A model generated the notes under the pieces. That model ran no database searches, had not been told where the DNA came from, and saw nothing but the letters and a program-made list of their open reading frames with translations. Made by a program: the position numbers and the translations under genes. A stretch of DNA of 56,556 nt, the filler included, from Streblomastix strix (taxonomy: Eukaryota), in NCBI GenBank assembly GCA_008636045.1. It is 2 parts of 2 records of this genome, joined end to end, with 100 filler letters (N's around TTAATTAATTAA, not from the genome) between each part and the next. Parts side by side here need not be neighbours in the genome. Positions count along the whole stretch, not along the records: positions 28,382 to 56,556 come from SNRW01000128.1; 1 more part is not named here. One strand, written 5' to 3'. Below are positions 50,761-56,556 of the stretch, in pieces (the first letter of the stretch is position 1; each line of letters starts with the position of its first letter).

Positions 50761-51675
50761 TTAAAATAACAAATTAGACGTATATATAATAATATATTAC
50801 ATTTTTAATTAAAATAAAAAATAATAATATATATTAATTAGATATACACAATAAATAAATAAATCATTTAATAGTCTCAAAAAAAATTTTTTTTCGAAGT
50901 GTATTTGAAGAAACTGAAGAAAAGATAAAAAATATTCATTTAATACAAATAAAGTAATCATAATGCATTGAGAAAGAGAGAGAAATAAAAAAATTTTAAT
51001 AATAAATAAATGAATTAATACGAAAATCAACCAAACAGAAATTTAACCAATTATTAGCATAAAAACCAAATTAAGAATTACAATTTGGTTCTTTATAATG
51101 TTGGAGATTCAAGAAAATAAATCCTGATTGGGGCTGTAGTTGTGATTTTTCTTTTAGACTTTTACTATGACTTGAAACTGAAGCATTCAATGAATGTAAT
51201 TTCTCCTAAGTAAGAAGAATATTTAGATAAAATAAATATAAATTTTAAATAAAAAATGTTGAAGTGGTAATTTAAGTTTCGCAAGATAAAGATTGAGTTT
51301 AAATTTATTTTAAAAATATTCAATGCAGTTCGAGAAAAAATTTTAATTGAAATTTTTTTTTAAAATAAAAGTTAAATTTTTAGTTTTAATGTTGATATTT
51401 TTAAATTAGTACTTAAAAAATTTGAATACTTGCTTATATTAGAAATATTCAAAAAGGAATTATTAAAGATCTGACAAATTCAAAAAAATAATAATTAAAT
51501 TTTTGTTTATTTTTCATTCTTCATGATTTTATAGCACTAAAACTAATTAGATCCTTCTAAGAATTATTATTTAATGCTGTGATGAACACAAATGATGTGT
51601 TCTATAATTAATTTATTTAAATAGTCATTTTAGAAATTTTAAATTAAAAATTAGAAAAAAAATTTTTTTAAAATA

Positions 51676-52330
51676 CAGTGTGTCCCATAATGAATACATC
51701 ACTATAAAATTTTTTCCATTATTTTAATAAATATATCATCCAAAATTTTTGTTTTTGGTTCTAATTGGTAAAGATTGAACTAATAAATTTATTAAAAAAA
51801 ATATAATTCTCAATAGCAGTTGATGCTTTTGTTTTGTTTGTAAGATGAAAAATTTTTCATTAATTTAATAATTTATAATCAATGGCATATTCATTATTTG
51901 CAACAAGATATAAAATTAAATTTAAATTTTGAATAAATATTTATATGAAAAAAATTAAAAATTATCATTAAATAAAATCAAATTTAAAATTTTTTATGTT
52001 TTCGGCTAAAATTCGTTTTTTCGTTCGTAATAAAGTTTTTCCTTTTTTTGAACAGCTATGGGGTTCATGATCAGAACTCATATTATTTTTTGACACGAAG
52101 AGACGAAAAGTCATTGAAAGCATTATAAACATTCATAAAGAACAACGTAACATTGATTACATTTCCTGGCCAGATAAATCATATTATGCAACCTATTGAT
52201 CGGGTCCTATCAAGTCAATTTAAGTTATCATTTGGTATGAATTAGCATTTTTTTAAAAATTTTCTAAAAATCTGTCAAAGTCCAAGAAATTTATTCCAGA
52301 ATAATATTAGGAACCGTTACTGAAATGAAT
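51676..52330 (+). mobile_element. pogo/Tigger-like transposon remnant
   Basis: TA|CAGTGTGTCCCAT candidate left end. 52141-52225 encodes NNVTLITFPGQINHIMQPIDRVLSSQFK (DDE_1 motif FPxxxxHxxQPxD..FK). No right TIR seen, and the link between the end and the ORF is inferred. Confidence 0.55.
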
Positions 52331-52462
52331 ATGCCCTTTCTTCAGTTAAAAAGAAATTTATGAAGCAAAATTTAATCAATCACATAACATATATTTTTTA
52401 TGCCGCATAAGTTTACGTTTAAGTTCATTAAAAAGAATGTACTATAAATTTATTCCTAAATA

Positions 52463-53746
52463 CAGGGGTTTCCTTCATCTGTAACTTTGGTTTTTCTATG
52501 TTAACAGTATCTGAATTTAAATTTTATTATTTTATAATAATTAATCAATACAATTTTAATAAAATTATTTGAAAATTATTGTAAATTAAAGTTTTGCTTT
52601 CTTATGTGATCTGAACCAAAGAAATGTCGTACACAGCCCTATAATAAAGGTGGATTGAAGCGAGAGTATGCGCATGTGATTGTTTCTTAGAGGGTGTGAG
52701 TGAACAATCTACAGTGTTGAAGTTGCAGGGACTGCATCCTGATATAAGTCCTACTGCCTCATTCGTGCATAAAAGATTTTGCAAACATCGTCAACACGAT
52801 TTTGACTGCTTTCCAGAGAAGAGAGTCTTAGCGTCACGAGATCCAGCATGGATTGAGCAAGTTCTTTAGTTTATCACGGAACATAAGCATTCCAGTCTTC
52901 ATGCTGTCGCGCTTGGAGTTAAACATTCCATGAAAACTTACAAGTTAATTTTGCGACTTGATTTGCACGTCAAATCAGTTTCCATTAAGTTTGTGCCTCA
53001 TTTTTTTGACTGAAGAATAGAAGGCAAGGCGTGTGGAATTGTCAAGATTAATGCTTGAAAAGCTAGCGTAACATGAAAATGATGGATTTGTCCGAGTTTT
53101 CACTGGTAACAAGAGTTGGTTGATGCTTAACAATCCTTATTAACATACATGGCTAGCACAAGGAGAGACACGTCCAATCTAGGAAAGAAGAATGATTGGT
53201 ACTGCTAAGATGATGATAACCGTCTTTTTCAACGGTGCCGGGTTATTTAGGCTAAATGTTTTATACCAGAAGGAGAAACAATAAATTCTGCTTCATTTCG
53301 ATTTAGAATATTATATCCGATGCTAAGACCGGTAAGAGAATAGGAATATGATGATGGTGCTGAAGTATTAATCCACTATAACAAGGCGCCGGCACGCACC
53401 GCTCGAGCTACTCAAACAGCTGTCGAAAACGCTGAATACACCCAATTGCCTCATCCACCTTATTTGCCGGACTTAGCACGGAGCGATTTTTTTTATTTGG
53501 ATATCTAAAGCACTTATTAGAGAAAAATGGCCGACTAACTAGAGAATAATTGGAGCAGTAAGTACGCACGATCTTGGAAGGAATTTTAAGAAGGACCTGG
53601 CTTGGGGTATTTAACAATTGGATGAGTCATCAACGAAGTTGCAACGCTTTAAATGGTGAATACGTCGAATTTTGATAACCATATCAATTTTATTTACGTT
53701 ACCTGTTTTAAATAAAAATAAAGTTACAGATGAAGAGAAACCCCTG
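52463..53746 (+). mobile_element. Full-length (1284 bp) degenerate mariner element
   Basis: About 26-bp TIRs TA|CAGGGGTTTCCTTCATCTGTAACTTT and AAAGTTACAGATGAAGAGAAACCCCTG. Transposase motifs KFVPH, LTEEQKARRV, TGNKSW, HYNKAPART and PHPPYLPDLARSDF, with frameshifts and mutated catalytic Asp residues. Confidence 0.9.
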
Positions 53747-55535
53747 AAAAAATTTCTTTTAATTCAACATTTCTTCTTATTTATTCTGAATCTGGTTAGA
53801 AAAAAACAGGTTTTGTGTTTGAAGTGAGTTCAAAATTATGTTCCATATTATAACCATTTAATATATATTCGCTTAATGTATTCTCTAATAATCTTCTCTA
53901 ATGAATGCCTTATTATTAATGAAGTGTTGACGTAACATCTCCAAGTTTCTAAAATTAATATAATTATATAACTAAATTAATAATACGTAGCTATAAAATT
54001 AGATATGCAAACTATTAGTTTTTATCTAAGAAAACTGAATTTATTAATTCTTAAATTTATTCTTTCATATTTCCATTCTTTTAGTAATTTGATCTTGTTT
54101 TATTACAATTTTATAAATTAAATAGATTGTTGATTTTTTAATGTAATTACAATTTTTTTCCCTTGATTTTTCAGTTCATGTGTTACCCTTTCTGCAGGCC
54201 TAAATATTTGTAATAAAAATAAATATATAATAATGCATTTTTTAAAGATTAATATCAAATCATATTTATTAAAAATATTCATTATATTTGTATTTCGTTT
54301 TTGTTGATCAGTGCAATAAAGTGTTATAAGAAAGGAGAACTTATTTGATATTTTGAAAACGATATTATTGAAAAAAAGATAATTTCAGAGATGAATATTA
54401 ATAACAATTAAAAATAACTTCATAATCCGAAACACGCTTATTTCTCATTATTAAACATTAATCTTCGATTGTTTACTTTTACTCTCAATCAATTATTTCT
54501 TCAAAATCTTCGTATCCACTATATCTCATCTTTTTCATTGTAGCTGGGTTACAAATTTTTTAAAATTTAAACAATCCCTCCAAAATTACATTGAATTAAA
54601 ATATTTTTATTTAAAATTTAAATTTTCTTAAATAGTTATTTTTTAATTTTTTTTAAAAATAAATACACATAAACACATATTTCTCAATAGAAATATATAT
54701 ATTAAAATAAATTTTTTAATTTAATCTAAACAATATATACATAAGTATTATTCAATTCTTATTGGTACTTAAATTTATTTTTTTTTATTGACTTAATTTG
54801 AATTGATAATAAAAATCAAAACTAATTTTTTTTAAATTATAAACTATATCAATATTAACTGTTTAATAATTAATAATTTTTTTAAAATTAAACATAGAAA
54901 ACAATTTAAATAGAATAATATATTCAAATTTGAAAATTTTTATTAAATTTGTCTATTTTCAAATTGATCTATAGTTTTTTTTTTGAATATAATTAATTAA
55001 ATTAATTAATTAATAAATATATTTAAATAAATTATTAAGTATTTTATTATTAAATTTATTATTTAATATTTACAATTATTAATTTCTATTTATACTGTAA
55101 ATTTAATGAAAAAAGCAATTGTAAATTTCAGAAATATTCTACTAAAAGATTACCATTATATTTGTAATGATAGATTAACAGAGATTGGAAGATTTCATGT
55201 GATGATTTACTAATGTGCATATGAGGATTAAAATGGCAATAGACGAATTGGAGATTAATTGAAACGTCACGTTTTATGTATGGATGAATTTTAAGTAAAT
55301 AAACGGAAATATGACGAAAAAATTGTTAATGGTTCTGATTTTGAACATAAATATGTGAAAAATAAGGATAATTAACCTGCATTAAAATAAGCAAAGAATA
55401 AAGGGGGTTAAATGATTCAGTAAAAAAATAAATAATTGATGGAACCAAATACACTAAAGGATGTTTGCATGTTAATATCTGTGGAAAGTGTTGCTTAAAG
55501 AACATTTGAAAGGAAACCAATTAAAAATTTAATGA

Positions 55536-56556
55536 TAGATTGCTTCAATCTTGAAAAGTTAAATAGAAATAAAGAAGCTGAAGAAATATTGCTAAAATTA
55601 TTCCGTGAAAAAATAAGAAAAGCATTATTAGTATAAAATCCATGAATTTGAATTTTAAATTTAGAAGATATTAAAGGCTAATAAGATGTAAGATATTAAT
55701 TTATCAGATGATTCAGTTGTAGAAGAAATATAATCAAAAGAATCAATTCCAACATTTAACATTCTACTAGTTTCATCTACTCATGAAAATTAAGATGTAT
55801 ATCATGTATTCTATGTAACTAATATTGATGGACTAACAAGATAAAAATTTTGCCCTCATTGTTAATAATAATCATTCGATCCTAAAGATATTCATTTCAG
55901 TAGAGACTATGAAAGCCATGTTAGTGTATGTAAGATTAATGGTGGCTAAATAATTAAGAAAGTAAAACTAGATGAGTAACCATACCCTTTTTGTCCTCAT
56001 ATCTATCGTAATGAAACATATGCTTATCTATTAGCTAACGAGTAAGAAAAATAGTTTAAATCATCTGTATATTATATTACATATGATTTTGAAACAGTTG
56101 AACGTAAAGTATTAAAATATTACGGTAAACCAACAATTGTTAACGAAAAGAAATAAGAGGTGATTGATGAACAAGGTAATAAATAAATAGTCTGCAATAG
56201 CTAATGGATATCAGAACTAATCCCACTATCAGTTGCATCAACTATTAAACTTAAATGGAGAGACTAATATTAGTAAAACAATTAATACAAATAAATTGAA
56301 ACTATATTTGGTCCTACAGCTTAAAAGACTATCTACTTCGACTTAAGAAATGGATCTGATTTTATTAATCAATGGCTTGAATAAATATTCGTTGAAGCTT
56401 AATAAGTATAGAGTGACAATAAATATGAGAATGAATTAATACCCTATAAATAAAACGTATCTATCATTGGGTTCAATTCTTCAAAATTTGATTAAGCTCT
56501 ATTCTCAAAATATCTTCATTGTGATAGATGGATAATTAAAAATTATATTGGTGACT
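55536..56556 (+). CDS. Protein-primed family B DNA polymerase, N-terminal/exonuclease part (Polinton/Maverick-like or endogenous virus), partial
   Basis: Frame is open to the window end with TAR=Gln. Zn-finger-like CPHC..H...C (55851), Exo I YYITYDFET (56082) and Exo II IIGFNSSKFD (56469). Coding-like sequence from about 55180 lies in another frame. Confidence 0.75.

Noticed and set aside
53760..54560. Coding-like minus-strand stretch next to the mariner
   Set aside because: No recognisable motif and the frames are broken.

Overview
This is a very AT-rich, intron-containing eukaryotic contig, and the supplied standard-code ORF track misrepresents it. TAA and TAG encode Gln (translation-table-6-like), shown at invariant Gln sites of PI3K, DUS1 and a ubiquitin domain, and genes end in TGA. 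The code, intron style and gene families resemble an oxymonad such as Streblomastix (inference, not verified). Retranslated, the window holds a class I-like PI3K, an LCAT/PLA2-family acyltransferase, DUS1, a 5xRRM protein, a tandem ubiquitin-like protein, two paralogous helical-repeat proteins and several long Q/N/E-rich hypothetical proteins. It also holds a dense set of DNA transposons (Sola2-like, Tc1, pogo, mariner, MITE) and the start of a Polinton-type protein-primed DNA polymerase B. Two observations stand out. (1) Isolated in-frame TGA codons recur inside otherwise long reading frames, often where Trp fits, while TGA also terminates genes. This raises the possibility that all three stop codons can be sense codons, but pseudogene decay, cryptic introns and sequence error are not excluded. 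(2) An 8.8-kb nested transposon splits a host gene whose frame is restored when the insert is removed: a TA-flanked TIR element contains a 6.55-kb cargo-carrying Sola2-like element and a MITE. All translations and coordinates were read by eye.
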